A stretch of 64,000 nt of DNA. It comes from Podarcis cretensis. Its lineage: Eukaryota. Each line of letters opens with the position of its first letter. Positions within the stretch are counted from its first letter, which is position 1. The notes beneath the pieces were generated by a model. The model did not search any database. It saw only the letters and a list, made by a program, of their open reading frames with translations, and was not told the DNA's origin. A program made the position numbers and the translations under genes. Of the stretch, positions 36,436-50,058 are shown one piece after another. The stretch covers positions 63,984,001 to 64,048,000 of the forward strand of contig OX638151.1 in assembly GCA_951804945.1 (NCBI GenBank), read 5' to 3'.

Positions 36436-37490
36436 GTAAGCAAATATTATTGACAAACTCAGGAGTGGGGATGTTTTATGGAAGTTTTGTATTAAAACAG
36501 AATTAGAGCTATACAGTTTTCACAGTGTTCCATGACTCCATTCTGTATGCTTACCATCAGCGTCTAGGGTTCTTCTGGTGAGTGTGGAGGAGTAGAGCAG
36601 GAAGACGGCTGAATGATTGAGAAACTTGTATATCCTTCCTGGAGAGGAGGAGTCTTGCAGTTTCAGACTTGATTTCAGCACTGAAAGTGCTTAGAACTGC
36701 ATTTATCACCAATAACATAGTAGTAAAGAAGAACATCATAAGGGACAAGAATTAGGAGTCCAACAATGTCCTTAACAAAAAAAGGACTATAATAAATATC
36801 ACGGAAGAGAGGCATAAACCACCCTCTATAATCTGATTGATCTATATAATGTGAGTTTGCCTCTCTGTTCCACTCCCTGCTGACCTGAAGAACAAAGCGA
36901 GTCCAACTTTCTGTTCTCAATCAGGAGGGTAGTGCACCAAATAGCAGAGGGGTATTCAGTAGAATAAAGTCTCGGATTGTGAAGGCAGAGCCACCATGAC
37001 TAGAGCTACCATGCTTTTCTCTAGAAGGTAGAGCTGGAAGGTTCCTCCTTCCCAGGGATGGCATGAAGTTTTCCCCTCCTGATCCTGCCTTCTTTCTGAA
37101 GAAGAGTTAGCTCTTTTCTGTTTGCTTTCCTACCCTGCTGACTGAGAATCTAGAATGTTTGAGTTGTTTATAGATTCTTGGATTTGCATAGATTGCCTTT
37201 TTATTACATTTTTCTTTTTACAGCTTATACAGAGGTGTGAAGTTTGTCTTAATGCCTTTGCTCATATGATTGCATCCCATCTTCCTTCAAACACCTCTTC
37301 AGGAGCACACTTCCAACAGTTATGTGCCATCTCAAGAAGCTATGCAGTAAGATCATCAACATTTTTCTTTTTTCCTTAATTGTGCTTATGAAGTGTGTAG
37401 GTGTTGGCTTCTTCCATAGCAATTTTACTTCATGACTAGCTTCACATTTCTGCACTATCAGAAATGTTCTCCAGTGTGTCCTTTCCCTTC

Positions 37491-37493
37491 ACT

Positions 37494-37525
<32 letters not shown>

Positions 37526-37527
37526 TT
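37491..37527. repeat. (TTTC)n microsatellite
   Basis: Directly visible. Confidence 0.9.
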
Positions 37528-37775
37528 CTATCTTGGGAGTCTTCCATACATGATGATGATTAATGATATTTCTATGCCATCCTGTAACCAAAGTTATTGG
37601 TGGCATACATAAAAATGTTTAAAATAAAATATAAGCAATGAAAATAAGTTGCAGTATATGCAACACAGGACAGATTATGTAATAAAATTTAGCAAATATA
37701 TGCTTTTTCACAAGCAGTTATCTTTTTGTAACTTCTACAGTTCTACACTGCACCTTTTAATAACTTCATGTGCTA

Positions 37776-38315
37776 TTTATTTTTGTTGATGAAATTTCAA
37801 GACTGCCCTTCATCACACACGGTTAACACAGGGTGGTTTCCCACATAATGTAACACAGCCTCATATAACATAAAACAGTAATAAACTTAAATTGCTAATA
37901 AAAACAATAATCAGTCAAACATGTTGGTGCAGAGTAAATACAAAGGCCCATAAAAACAAGTGTATTTTAATTTGACTGTTGACTCCCAGCAAGGATGTTG
38001 CCATCTGTGCCTTCAGGAGAAGAGAATTCTACACTCATGGTGCTACGCCACAACAGACAAGTTCGTATCCTCCATCCCGGTAACCGGTTGGTATGGGAAG
38101 AAGTATAACAGGGTTGCAGGTCATTTGAAGCTTTAAAAGTCAACACTAGCATCTTAACTGTGCCTGCTAACATATAGGCAGCCAATACAGATCATGCAGA
38201 ATAGGTGTAAAAACAGTGCAGATGCACCTATCAATACTCCAGTGGCAGAATTTACCACTAGCTGGTTAAAAGACATCTCTGGATGTCTTTAAGGGATCCC
38301 CAGTGTAGAGTGCAT

Positions 38316-38317
<2 letters not shown>
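37776..38317 (-). mobile_element. Old degenerate L2 fragment
   Basis: L2-like 3' stem-loop near 37800 and decayed ORF2 remnant (KMLVLTFKA). Confidence 0.55.
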
Positions 38318-38351
<34 letters not shown>

Positions 38352-38355
38352 ATAA

Positions 38356-38476
38356 TTCAAGGGGGTTTCCCAGGTAAGTAACACCCAGACTATTGAAATG
38401 CACTCTAATAGAATAGATAATAGATAGAGTGCATTTCAATAGTCTAGGTGTTACTTACCTCGGAAACCCCCTTGAA
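38356..38476. repeat. 52-bp inverted repeat (50/52 identity) with 17-nt spacer, preceded by (ATTT)n
   Basis: 38356-38407 is the reverse complement of 38425-38476 with 2 mismatches. Confidence 0.95.
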
Positions 38477-38609
38477 CTTGGTACAACCTCCCTTTGAGTA
38501 GACATTCACAGGATTGCACTGTCAGTGTGCTTTATTGAATCTCTCCACCCCCAACCCCATTATTTCACGTCAAGTACTTTTTGACTACTGAAATAATAAA
38601 AATAAAAAA

Positions 38610-39655
38610 GTATTTATATCCCGCCCTTCCCAGCCAGAACCGGGCTCAGGGTGGCTAACATCAAAATATATAATACATTAAGACATAAAATTCAGCAATC
38701 GACTGAAATACAGCTTAAAATCGGATTTAAATCAAAATAAAATCAGATGGCTACCCGCAAATTATAACTATGACTATAGGGGTTGGGAACTTTAAGTACT
38801 CACCATGCTCAGCTATTTGTATGAGCGGGTGAGAAGAGTTAGAGAGGCCACTTATATGCAGGGTCTTGTAAAAGGAGAGGGGTCAGACTGAGCCCCAACC
38901 AAAGGCCTGGCGGAACAGCTCCATCTTGCAGGCCCTGCGGAAAGATGTCAAGTCCCGTAGGGCCTAGTCTCTTGCGACAGAGCATTCCACCAGACGGGGG
39001 CCAGGGCCAAAAAGGCCCTGGCTCTGGTCGAGGCCAGTCTAACCACCTTGAGGCCCAGGACATCCAAGATGTTATTATTTGCAGACCGTAAGGTACTCTG
39101 TGGGGCATACCAGGAGAGGCGGTCCCATAGGTACGAGGGTCCTAGGTCGTATAGGGCCTTAAAGGTTAGAACCAGCACCTTAAACCTGACTCTGTACTCC
39201 ACCGGGAGCCAGTGCAGCTGATATAGCACTCGTTGGATGTGGTCGCACGGCGAAGACCCCGTACGTAGTCTCGCCGTGGCATTCTGCACCCGCTGGAGTT
39301 TCTGAGTCAGCTTCATGGGCAGCCCCGGAGGAGCAAATTACAGTAATCAAGCCTGGAGGTAATCAAGCATGGATCACAGTGTCTAGATCAGGGCAAGAAA
39401 GATAAGGAACCAGCTGCTTAACATGGCGGAGATGGAAAAATGCTGCCTTTGCTGTATCTGTAACCTGCGCCTCCATAGAGATGGAGGCGTCAAGGGTTAC
39501 ACCCAGACTCTTGACAGAAGGTCTGGCACTAATTGCGCCCCCGCAAGGGATGGGAGTTTAACCCCCAACCCCATGTCATCTCGACCCAACCAGAAGACCT
39601 CTGTCTTTAAAGAATTTAGCTTCAACAGGCTCCCACGCAACCATCCAGCCATGGC
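38610..39655 (-). mobile_element. L2 LINE 3' portion with ORF2 remnants
   Basis: ORF 38948-39316: KLQRVQNATARL...LYQLHWLPVEYRVRFKVLVLTFKALYDLGPSYL; L2 3' stem-loop and tail at about 38610-38660. Confidence 0.92.
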
Positions 39656-40066
39656 CTTTTGAGAGATACAACACATAAATTAATGTATCAGGTAAAATAA
39701 ACATGCTGAATCAGACGTCAATCAATTTATGAAAACAGTTTCCAACTGAAGCATTCCTGGGGAAACCCCCCCTTCCCCCCCCAAATGTATGATTAAAATT
39801 GATGATTCGTGTTTACCTTAAAATCCTGCACAGTAACAATCACCTTTATTTGCCCAAACAGTAAGTGTTGCATCTGCTACTAAGCTGAAAACCAGCCTAC
39901 ACTTTTTTAATTCCTTCAAAACGCATCTATCTTAAGGTTTCGGTAATGTGCACATACATTTTATTGGCTAAAATATAGATGACAAAGCAACAAAAGTCAT
40001 TTTATTGGTTGACAGCTGTTTTAAAAATATTCTCATTTAACTTGAAGAGGATTGCTTGATTCTTAG

Positions 40067-40174
<108 letters not shown>

Positions 40175-41239
40175 TAGGGGTTATTGCAAAATGTAAGATT
40201 AATACAATTTTAATACATTATTTAAAATCATGTTCTGTGTGGCATATAATAATGTAGGGAACAAACAGCAGGCATCCCTAAATGAATTCTACTGGAATTG
40301 TGCTGTTTAGCATTTGGAAATTGGTAATAGAAATGTATTTTGAGTTATGGTAGAAATAATTATTATTCAGCACTGAGAATTAAGGAGGAAAATGGATAAA
40401 GGGAAGGGAAAATCCTAAATATTTCTATGCTATGAATATGAAAAATAAGTATTTGAGAGTCCAGAGCCAAATTATTTTGGAGACAATGAGATCATCTATG
40501 CTGTAGTACTTGGGGGGGGGGAAGTACTGAATACTATCTGCTAGCCATTGCAATTCAGCTAAAAGATGGTGCTGTAACTGTGCTCCTGAAAAACAAATTG
40601 AGAGAATTGTGCTCTCTCCCACCTAAGTGTTGGCTTTTCAGAAGAGTTATGGTGGTAGTGCCTCCAAACCTCTTGAAACAATATGTATAACCCTGCTGTT
40701 GACAGTTCTAGTTTACCTCATCTTAAATGAATGATTAGAACTTTCAAAGATAAAGACAAGAGTAAAAAAGTGGTTGGAAGTATGGCATTGCTACCAAAGA
40801 GGGCAATAAAGAGTTGTCATGTTGGAGGCTGCTTCTTGCCATTTGTGTACAGTGGCTTGCCATGCAGATCAGGTGATACTCACCACGTCTCACTTCTCTT
40901 TGCCCTTGCGGTTTGATCCATGCAGTGAGCCTCTGCGCATCACATATTGACACACAAAGGCAGGCAGTGGCTTAATTGGTGGCTGATTTGTCTGTTCTTG
41001 CTCTCAAAAGGTTATTCTGCTTGACAAATAGCTGATAGGATATTGGACAGGACAACAACATGGTTCTCCTGCACCACTCACTAAACAGAGAAATAATTCA
41101 TTAAAATACTAGAACTAGTGGATGCTTGATATTTTTATTTTGTATATATACAGTATATTTTGTATATATACAGTATATATAAATGTATACTGATATACAT
41201 TTATAGACTTTTAATAATATTTCTTCCCTGCTGCCTTAG

Positions 41240-41361
41240 GTAATCCAGAGTTTGAATTCTTTGACATCTGAGCAAAGTATTTCTAGTAGCTCTGTTACAC
41301 CATCTCTTGCTGATGTTTTGTGGATGGCAGAAAATGAAAGAGAACCATACGCTAGATTTAG
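41240..41361 (+). CDS. MTFR2: MTFR2 coding exon 3
   Basis: ...VTPSLADVLWMAENEREPYARFR; 122 nt, phase 0 to 2; donor |GTAAGT. Confidence 0.95.
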
Positions 41362-41739
41362 GTAAGTAAAACTGACATGTCTTTAGAATAAATGTTTGTT
41401 TTATAATGGAATTGTCTCAGTGATTCTTAGCTACTGCTTTCCTTACTTGAGAGACAATAACAATCAGCATTTGATTTTTTATAAGAACATTATCCAAGCT
41501 TTTGCAGTCACATTTATATTTCTCAGTAATGGGTTGTATCCTGAGAATGGAAAGTGAGAGAAGATGAGGATGATGGCTTTCTCATTCCCTTTCCTTCTGC
41601 TCACCCACTGAGAAATGCCTCTCTTAAATGTCAGGAGACACGCCCCCCCAAAGAACAGTGGCATGGGGGGTTTTATTGAGAGAAGAAGATTGCCCAATAT
41701 GTAATAGAAGCACTCTGTACAAGTAGACTTCTGATTGTG

Positions 41740-41880
41740 CATAAGAATATAAGATGAACCTGCTGAATCAGGCCAGTGGCCCACCTAGTCAAACATCCAG
41801 TTCTTTCAGTGGCCAACCAGCTGCTTATGAGAAGTGAACAAGCAGGATGTGAGTACAACTGCACTCTTCTGCACCTGAGA
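41740..41880 (-). mobile_element. CR1 3' end fragment
   Basis: CATAAGAATATAAGA...CTGCTGAATCAGGCCAGTGGCCCACCTAGTC, similar to the 31394 element. Confidence 0.7.
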
Positions 41881-42049
41881 GAAATGCCCATAAAACACAG
41901 ACATATATAGAATTGTGCTGCAGACCACCTAATGTTGAGTTCTGTCATGGTCAGATTGAATATGTTTGTATATCTCTTTACAGTAATAATTTTGGCTTCT
42001 TCAGTGTTTCCTCTGTTCACTTATAAATATATACATTGGTATTTTCTAG

Positions 42050-42225
42050 ATATGATGAATGGAGAGGAATTATGCCGGTTGCTACAAAAGGAAGTATGCA
42101 AAACTTAACTGTTGTGAATGAAGATGCATTCAAAAAAATTTCTGCTCTTGAGAATGAATTAGCTCATCTTCGTGCACAGATTGCAGCAATTGTGGCAGTG
42201 CCTAGATCAGGAAATGATCAACCAT
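42050..42225 (+). CDS. MTFR2: MTFR2 coding exon 4
   Basis: NEDAFKKISALENELAHLRAQIAAIV coiled-coil motif; 176 nt, phase 2 to 1. Confidence 0.95.
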
Positions 42226-43336
42226 GTAAGCCTGTCTTTGTGATTCCTGATACATGTGTCCATGCATGGCTCCTGCTCTTCATAATGTCCAGTCACACTG
42301 ACATCTCATAGCAACATTTATATAGAAAACTGTCTTCATATTTCATTATCCAGCACACAGTGTTCATATGTTTAAAAGTTAGATATGTAGTGTAGGCAAG
42401 AGAAAACGAAATAACATATATTAGAAATAGAAGTCTAGTCAACACACTAGATAGGAGAGTTATTGGGAATTTTGCCTGAATCCAAAGAACTCGCAATTAT
42501 TTCTATATATTCCTAGGAGGGAACAGCATTCTTCCCCGCCCGCCCCCCGCCCCCCCGCAATGCTGCCTGGTAAACTTCTTTTCAGATTGAGGGAAAGATC
42601 AAAAGCAATTGTGAAATAGTATAGAGGTCTACTGTTCAAACAAAAAAGGGGGAGTCATGGTTGTTGTGTGTTATAAAATATTCATTAATTATGTAAATGA
42701 AAGTTGGGGCTCTGTGCATTGCCCATATTTTACCATTGTACCATACCAGCCGAAAATGTTACTATATTCTTCAGGATTCAGCCTTTTAGAAATGAGGATT
42801 ATAAACACTTTAACAAATAAATTTGTAAACATTTTCTTTTAGCCCATATAACTATAGTAATGTGCTTGAAAAGGTGTAATTGTGATGTCTGAAATCTTAA
42901 ACTAAAGAAGGACTGTGAGTGACTTTAGTGGTGGGAGGTTGTCCAGTATAGTTTATTTATCCAATTCTTTCTCCATGGAATTCATGGCACTATTTATAAT
43001 ATTACATTTTACCCTTGCAATATTTCTGAGGAAACCTAGGTTAAGAGAGAGTCACTCAGTGTTCATGGCTGAACAGTGATCTGAATCCAGGTCTTCCTTG
43101 TCCAAGTCTGAAATCTGCCAGTACCACTGTAGCATAATGATTTGTCTGTTGAATAATCTTTTTAAAAGAACCTTTCAAGGTAGTATGATTTTGTTCCTTG
43201 GAGTCTTCTGTTGTTTCATGGAAGACAACACTTGCTAGACTTTGCAGGTAGTGTTAAAAGTGCATCAAAGGACCTTCATGCCATTGTCATATCAACATTA
43301 AAGTTCCCTAATATCACCTCTTGAATTGTTTAATAG

Positions 43337-43643
43337 GTTCAGGCATTGTGAATTCTTCAAACATGGCCTTTAATGCTCTCCCACAGCCAGGAGTGACTTC
43401 GACACCAGTCCCAAGTTCTCACATTGCTGTTCCTCCACCGCCACCAGCACCACCATGTCCAGCTGTACCGCTATCTAATTTTGATTCCCGTAATTCAGCC
43501 ATTGAGCTTATTAAACAACGTCGGGCTTCAAGTAAGATAAGAAATACTACAGATAGTACAGGTTGGCAGAAGGAAGAAGCTCTTCCCACTATGATGGATG
43601 TTCTGAAGGATATAAATAAGATCAAACTAAGAGCAGTTGAGAG
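43337..43643 (+). CDS. MTFR2: MTFR2 coding exon 5 (alternative in-frame acceptor at 43343)
   Basis: Poly-proline tract and PTMMDVLKDINKIKLRAVER; phase 1 to 2. Confidence 0.92.
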
Positions 43644-44043
43644 GTATGTTGAGCAGAACATGCGTTTGAAGATAAAATAATGAATATAAAATATGGTCAA
43701 CATCTTCCCTCTGAGAAGTTATTTAAGAGTGCCTGAAACTGGTGTTATATGCACAGGTGCCTAGCTGCTGTCAGCGCCCACTCCTGCTTGAATGCACTTG
43801 GACTGATGAGTGAATGCATAAATTGTGCAGAGAACTCACACTGAACTAGCAGAATTATTTCCCCTGAAAATCTAAGTTGGTGCTCATAACCTTCCTTCCT
43901 TTCCCTGTTCTGCTGAGTGGGTGACAGAGGACATGGCATTGAAACCTCTCCTGATAGTTCATTATAGCTGCTACAAATCATTTTTGCCATATAATGTATT
44001 TATTTTTATTTAACAAACTGTGTATACAACTTAACTCTAAATA

Positions 44044-44284
44044 CAGTCGCACCTTGGTTCTCGAAGGTAATCCATTCCGGAAGTCTGTTTGACTTCCAAA
44101 ATGTTCAAAAACCAAGGCGCAGCTTCCAATTGGCTCCAGGAGCTTCCTGCCCTCAAGCAGAAGCTGCGTCGGACATTCGGCTTCTGAAAAACGTTCATAA
44201 ACCGGAACACTTACTACAAGGTTTTCAGCATTCGGGAGCCAAAATGTACGAGTACCAAGGCATTCAAGAACCAAGGTACGACTG
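44044..44284. mobile_element. Tigger/pogo-like MITE
   Basis: TA|CAGTCGCACCTTGGTTCT ... AGAACCAAGGTACGACTG|TA. Confidence 0.88.
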
Positions 44285-45021
44285 TACAACCTCAAAGCGG
44301 TTTACAAAGATGATAAAAATCACATCAAGATGGCCAATAAAAATCAATTTTTAATTAAAAACAGTTTATTTTGAAAAGGAAGATCAATAAAATCAAAAGC
44401 TAAAAATATATGTTCTACAATTTGTTGAATTCAAATAATAGCCATAATAGGTTAGCTTTCTTTTTTCCCTAAGGAGTCTTTTCCTAGATCTGAAAATGAA
44501 CTGAAATCAAGAATGAGGTGTCTGATAGCAAATGCATGCATTTGATACCTGAATGCATCAGCACATCACATAAATTTGCACGAGATTGTGCTGTTGTGAA
44601 GATGCCTACTTGTCATGTAGTTCAATGCGTCTTGGTGTCAGCTCCCCAGACATAGATGAAGAATTGGTTACCAGTTTTATTTGAAAAGTTCAAGTGCCTC
44701 CTTCATGCTCTCTCACATGCAGCTGAACTCATGGGAAAGGATCTACAGTGGACTCAATGAGTTCTTTAACTCTCTTCCCCAATACTAGGCCAGGTGCACA
44801 TAGTGTCAAGTGGTACAGCAAGATACTCAGAATTTACTTTGCATGAGAATGCATTGATTCTTTTCAAAGTGACCCTTTGCTTTCAGAAAGCACTTTGATC
44901 CAACACTTTGATCCTGTCTGTCAAACTGGGAAGAAAACAACTTTCACAGATACACCTCTCCTTGTGACACTTCCCATGCTATTCTGAAGAGTACCCCCAA
45001 TCCTCTGAAGCAGATTTGTGA

Positions 45022-45465
<444 letters not shown>

Positions 45466-45610
45466 TGAATACTAAATATATATGGCATGAATACTAAAAT
45501 ACACTTACACCTTACAGTTTATATTAAAATAAAACAGTAACAATCATAACAGGTGAAACCGTAGTACAGCATAAAAAAGATTAACAGCATTGAAGAGATC
45601 TAAAACATAC

Positions 45611-46063
45611 TGTCAGGGAACTGCCAATCAGTGCCGGAGAGAGAGAGCAAAAGCCAGAGGGATTCCAGAGAGCGTCCAGGGATCGGGAGGAGCAGCGCAT
45701 CTTCTGGGGAAGAGAATCAGCGTAGCACCAGTGGAGAAGGGGGGCAGGTGGGGGAAGCGGCGAGGCGGTCCCATGACTCCTTGCCGGGGACCAGCGGGGA
45801 GAGTAAGGGTCCTCCGCTGCCCACGCCCTCCTTGCGCAGAAGGCTTTCGCACAGAGAGAGTAGGAGGAGACTAGGCGTCAAAGAGCTTTGCTGGAAGAAG
45901 TTTAAGAAACGCCCACTGATGGATTCTGCCAGCGATTGAGTCAGCCACGGGTGAGTGGCTGTCCGGACAGAAAAGGTTCACTTAGGCAACCCAGCCAGGT
46001 GTTTGCACCCAGCTGGGGAGATAAGCACCGGCTTACGCACGAGCAACCCCTAGAACCATTACA
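45611..46063. mobile_element. Solo LTR (453 bp)
   Basis: Begins TG (TGTCA), ends CA (TTACA); exact 5-bp TSD CATAC at 45606-45610 and 46064-46068; GC-rich relative to the intron. Confidence 0.85.
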
Positions 46064-47150
46064 CATACTAAGAGATGTAACCAAATTTAAAAGGTTAATG
46101 CTGCTACAAAAGCATTAAGCATGGTTTTAAAGCTAGTGGAGAAAACTTGAGAGTGGACTTCCTGAAGGAGGCTCCCATGTTGATCATTTACCCATGATTA
46201 AGGATTGGGAGAGGGTTGCCTCTGCACTAGTTGAACGTCTTTCCCATCCTTGCCCAGTGCTGGCAAGGGCCTTCCATCTTCTGCATTAGAGGCCAGTAGA
46301 AGGGGGCTTACTTTCAAAGTACAGGGATGGCTTGAATTATTCTGTTGTCTTACAAAGAGGATGCCACACAGTAGCTGTACAGTTGTGATCTCAAGTTTAT
46401 TTTCTTGTGATACTTTCTCTTGACCCTTATTGAATTCAGGAAATGAGTTAAAAAATAAACTGCCATGCAGTAGTTTCAGTTATTCAGAAGCTGGTGGGAG
46501 ATTTACAGAAGCATTTTTAATTAAATAAATAACTGAACAACAATAATTGCATATGTATACTGCCCATATTTACAGAGACATTAAAAATACAACAGCTACA
46601 TCCAAAATTAGCAAAACCAGTTATAAAAGCATTTGCAAAATATACCAACATAGATACAATGGCTAAGAACAATTAAAAACCCATATAAAATGAGTTTAGC
46701 CACATAATACTAGAACATGACAAACTCAAAGTGGGAAAGGAAGTTGTGAAGCAACCCATGAAACTCTTTGTCGTGAAGAGCAGTCGATTTGTTCACATTG
46801 GACATAGGAGCAGGTGATGAAATAATTCATTCTGAAAAATGAGTAAAACTTGTGGCAGACTGTCCTGTTACCATTTTGTTTGTTTGTTTTGCTAAAATAT
46901 TTAGTGCATATTTCCATCTAATATATGGAAGCCCAATATATTTCATATCAAAATGCTTCTTTTAAAACAGATAAGTTATTTCCTAACAAATTGGTTGTTT
47001 ATTGTAGGTCTATGTTTGACATTCTCACTCGCTCTACATTGAAGTTTCTTGCTTGGCCTGTTCATTAAGATTGGAGAAAAGTGTTAATCAACTCATATTT
47101 TCCTTTTCAATCTTTTCTAAAAATAGCATTTAAAATGTGTTTTGTTTCAG

Positions 47151-47198
47151 GTTGGCTGTCGCATTTTGAAGCCAAGTATGAAGCAGACGCTTATTTGA
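47151..47198 (+). CDS. MTFR2: MTFR2 last coding exon (VGCRILKPSMKQTLI*); total 333 aa
   Basis: Strong acceptor tgtgttttgtttcag|, phase 0; TGA 47196-47198; candidate AATAAA at 48137 and 51959. Confidence 0.85.
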   Translation, partial: VGCRILKPSMKQTLI

Positions 47199-49695
47199 AC
47201 TAATGAGCTGATGTAGGTATCACCTGCAAAACCAGCAATTCATATTTAGCCATGGTGTAGAGCTTCTTGAGAAAAGCTCTGCCACTGGTTTCGTAGACCT
47301 TGATACTGTGCTATAAAGCAACGGCTTTTAGAGCTAGCTGTTTTTCATTAATCTACTTCAGCAGCCAAGCATCTGGAATTTGTTTGCGTAAAATATTTTA
47401 TCAGCAACAGTATGTTTTACTGGTTTTTATAACAACTTTCTAGTCTGGGCTGCAGAATTTAAAGTAGACACATAAACATGTCAAAAAAGGGAAGAGAATA
47501 GTACCATAGAAACAAAATATAAATTAATTTGGTTATATGTAGATGATAATATATTTACGAAACAGTATCCTGTTCATTTGTTTTCCTGTAATGGGATTAG
47601 CTATTATGTGAAGAGTTGATGCGTGCTGTGGCTTTTGGCCTCTCCCCTGCACATTCACATTCTCGGCAGCCTTACTTCAACACATTGAGGATATCTCTGC
47701 AGAAGGAGCATCTGTCCCACCTAACACATGTAGCCTTTCCCCATCAACTGGGACCCTTATGTACGGAGCTTGCATGTGCTTGATGGGCTTTCCCTTTGCG
47801 ATCTTGCCCCCAATGCATTTACAATGAGGGAGAGGTTGGGGGTGAAGACACAAAGACAGGACCAGTGGACAGAGCCCCACTTCCTCTTACATGATTGCTA
47901 ATTTCATGATGGGAACATCACTGAATAGGGCTAATGTGTTGATAATAAGGAATAGCTTCCTCAAAATTATTCCTTTCTCAATTTGATTCAGTGGTGCAGC
48001 CTTATAAGATCTCAATAATTGGCACCAGTGGTGTTTGCTTGGTTTTGAGTAAGAGACCATTAATTTCCTTGAATACTGTAAAAGTTTGTAAAAAAAAAAA
48101 ACAGGAACTGTGTGCATATTTGAAATGCATGATTCAAATAAATATTGCTGTTGACTATTTGCACTCCAGTAAATTTTGCTTACAAAAGAAATCTTTATGT
48201 CTAAACTGTATGATCATTCTCCATGACTGAAATATTTCAGATTTCGTAGTCTTGTGTATGAAGATTTGTGGAGGAATATAAGCTATATGATATGTCATTC
48301 CCCTTGTAACTTACAGTACACTATACAGGATCAAAGTGTTATCTAAAAAAAGTTTGCATCTCTTCTACCACAACCATTTAAACTCTGGATGCCCCGTCAT
48401 ACATGCAACCTAGATATTGCACAGCCCAGAGAGTTTCTGGATTTTACCCATAATGTGTGTTTATCAGGTTCTCCCCATGTATTCAAACCTTCTGGTGGAC
48501 TCTTGTGGACTTTTGAATGTTGCTTTTTATTTATTGTATTTTTATATTTTTATTTACTTACCGTATTTATATTTTTATTTATTTTCCCAGTTACAGTGCA
48601 TTGTTCCTTATAATTCTTGCAAATGGGTTTTTGTGTGTGGATGGCAAACAGAGGAAATTTGGCTCAATATATTGGTTTCCTTCCCTGAGATTAAATTGCT
48701 TCCTTCTGATAATTTGTTGCTTGATATTGTATTCTGTTCCATCATTGCATGGTTCTTTCTCAAGGGAGAGATAACTTTTAGTTCTGTATTGATATTTGCA
48801 CAGACAAAGACATTACTTGGCCTGTATCATAAATAATGTGATAGCAGTAAATGCATGTAATTTGAATGTTGGCTATGTGTGCCTGTTTAGTTATTGAGTG
48901 ATGTGCCACTCTAGAGCTAACAGTACATTGATGTCTGTCTTAGTATGTCACCTCTTAATTGTAAACAATTAGCAGTGTGTGATATATAGCCTTTTAATAT
49001 TTAAACAGTGGATTAGAGATAACTTGGAAGCCATGTATGGTTGCGTGTTTTTTTGTGGCAGTAATGGAAATTCTAGGACAAATTAAAAGATATGCAATAC
49101 TTGCCTTCTTATCAGACCTAAACCTATTTATCTTCTTGAACAACAACAAAAATGCAATGTATAACTTGCAAAGTATTTCTCAGTTAGTTTTGTAGCATTT
49201 TGTCTGTCTCTCAGTTGTTTGAGGGGAGAGGTGAAAAAGGAGTCAGCTTGGAAGGACAGCAGATGCAGGAAACTCTGCTTCTAGCAGTATGTCTAAGCTA
49301 TATCAAATGTCTCCAGAAGGCAAGCAGCAATTCACAAGATAATTAAGGCCCTGCATACACTTTGCATAACAATGTCAGTAACAGCCCCCCCAAAAACACA
49401 TTTTGGATTTGAGTGTTTTCTGTATCTCCTTTAGACACGGCAGTTATTACTCTCAACTGTTGTAGATTTTATTGCATAAAAATCTTTATACCATACATTT
49501 TGAGTGAGTAAAAACCTTGTCTTAATGAGTGTTTCACTCATGCTAAAAGAGAAATATTTTATAGGAGTTGTTTTTTCCATGTTTGTCATAATTTTCAGTT
49601 GCTTGTAACTTTTCCAAACGGAACTCATTTTGTATTTGAATGTTCAGTTGTGGTTGTATTTTGAACAATGAAATTTTGAGAGTGAGGTTGGTTTT

Positions 49696-49860
49696 CATAG
49701 AATCATAGAATTGGAAGGGACCCTGAGGACTATCAAGTCCAGGGTTTCCCAAACTTGGGTTTCCATCAGTTTTTGGGCTACAATTACCATCATCTATGCC
49801 CACTGGTACTGTTAGCTAGGGATGCTGGGAGTTGCAGTCCAAAAACTGAGAGAGACCCAA
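49696..49860. mobile_element. CR1 tail fragment (minus, 49696-49739) abutting a truncated hAT MITE (49740-49860) of the 26778 family
   Basis: CATAGAATCATAGAATTGGAAGGGACC followed by CAGGGTTTCCCAAACT...GTTAGCTAGGGATG. Confidence 0.75.
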
Positions 49861-50058
49861 CCTAAACTAGCCTAAACTAGACTAGCCTAAATCCATTTTG
49901 TTTCACTGTCACTGGTCCTCAATCATAGGTTCATTCCATCCCTGTTTGCGGACTTAAAAATTAGGATGATGTTGATGCATTTTACATGCACTTCCCCACA
50001 AAACACACAGATTTCAATGCTTTTGAATGCATTTCCTCTTTTAATATGACTTAATTTA

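Noticed and set aside
45590-45939. ORFs inside the GC-rich intronic insert
   Set aside because: They lie within a solo LTR; no gag/pol motifs.
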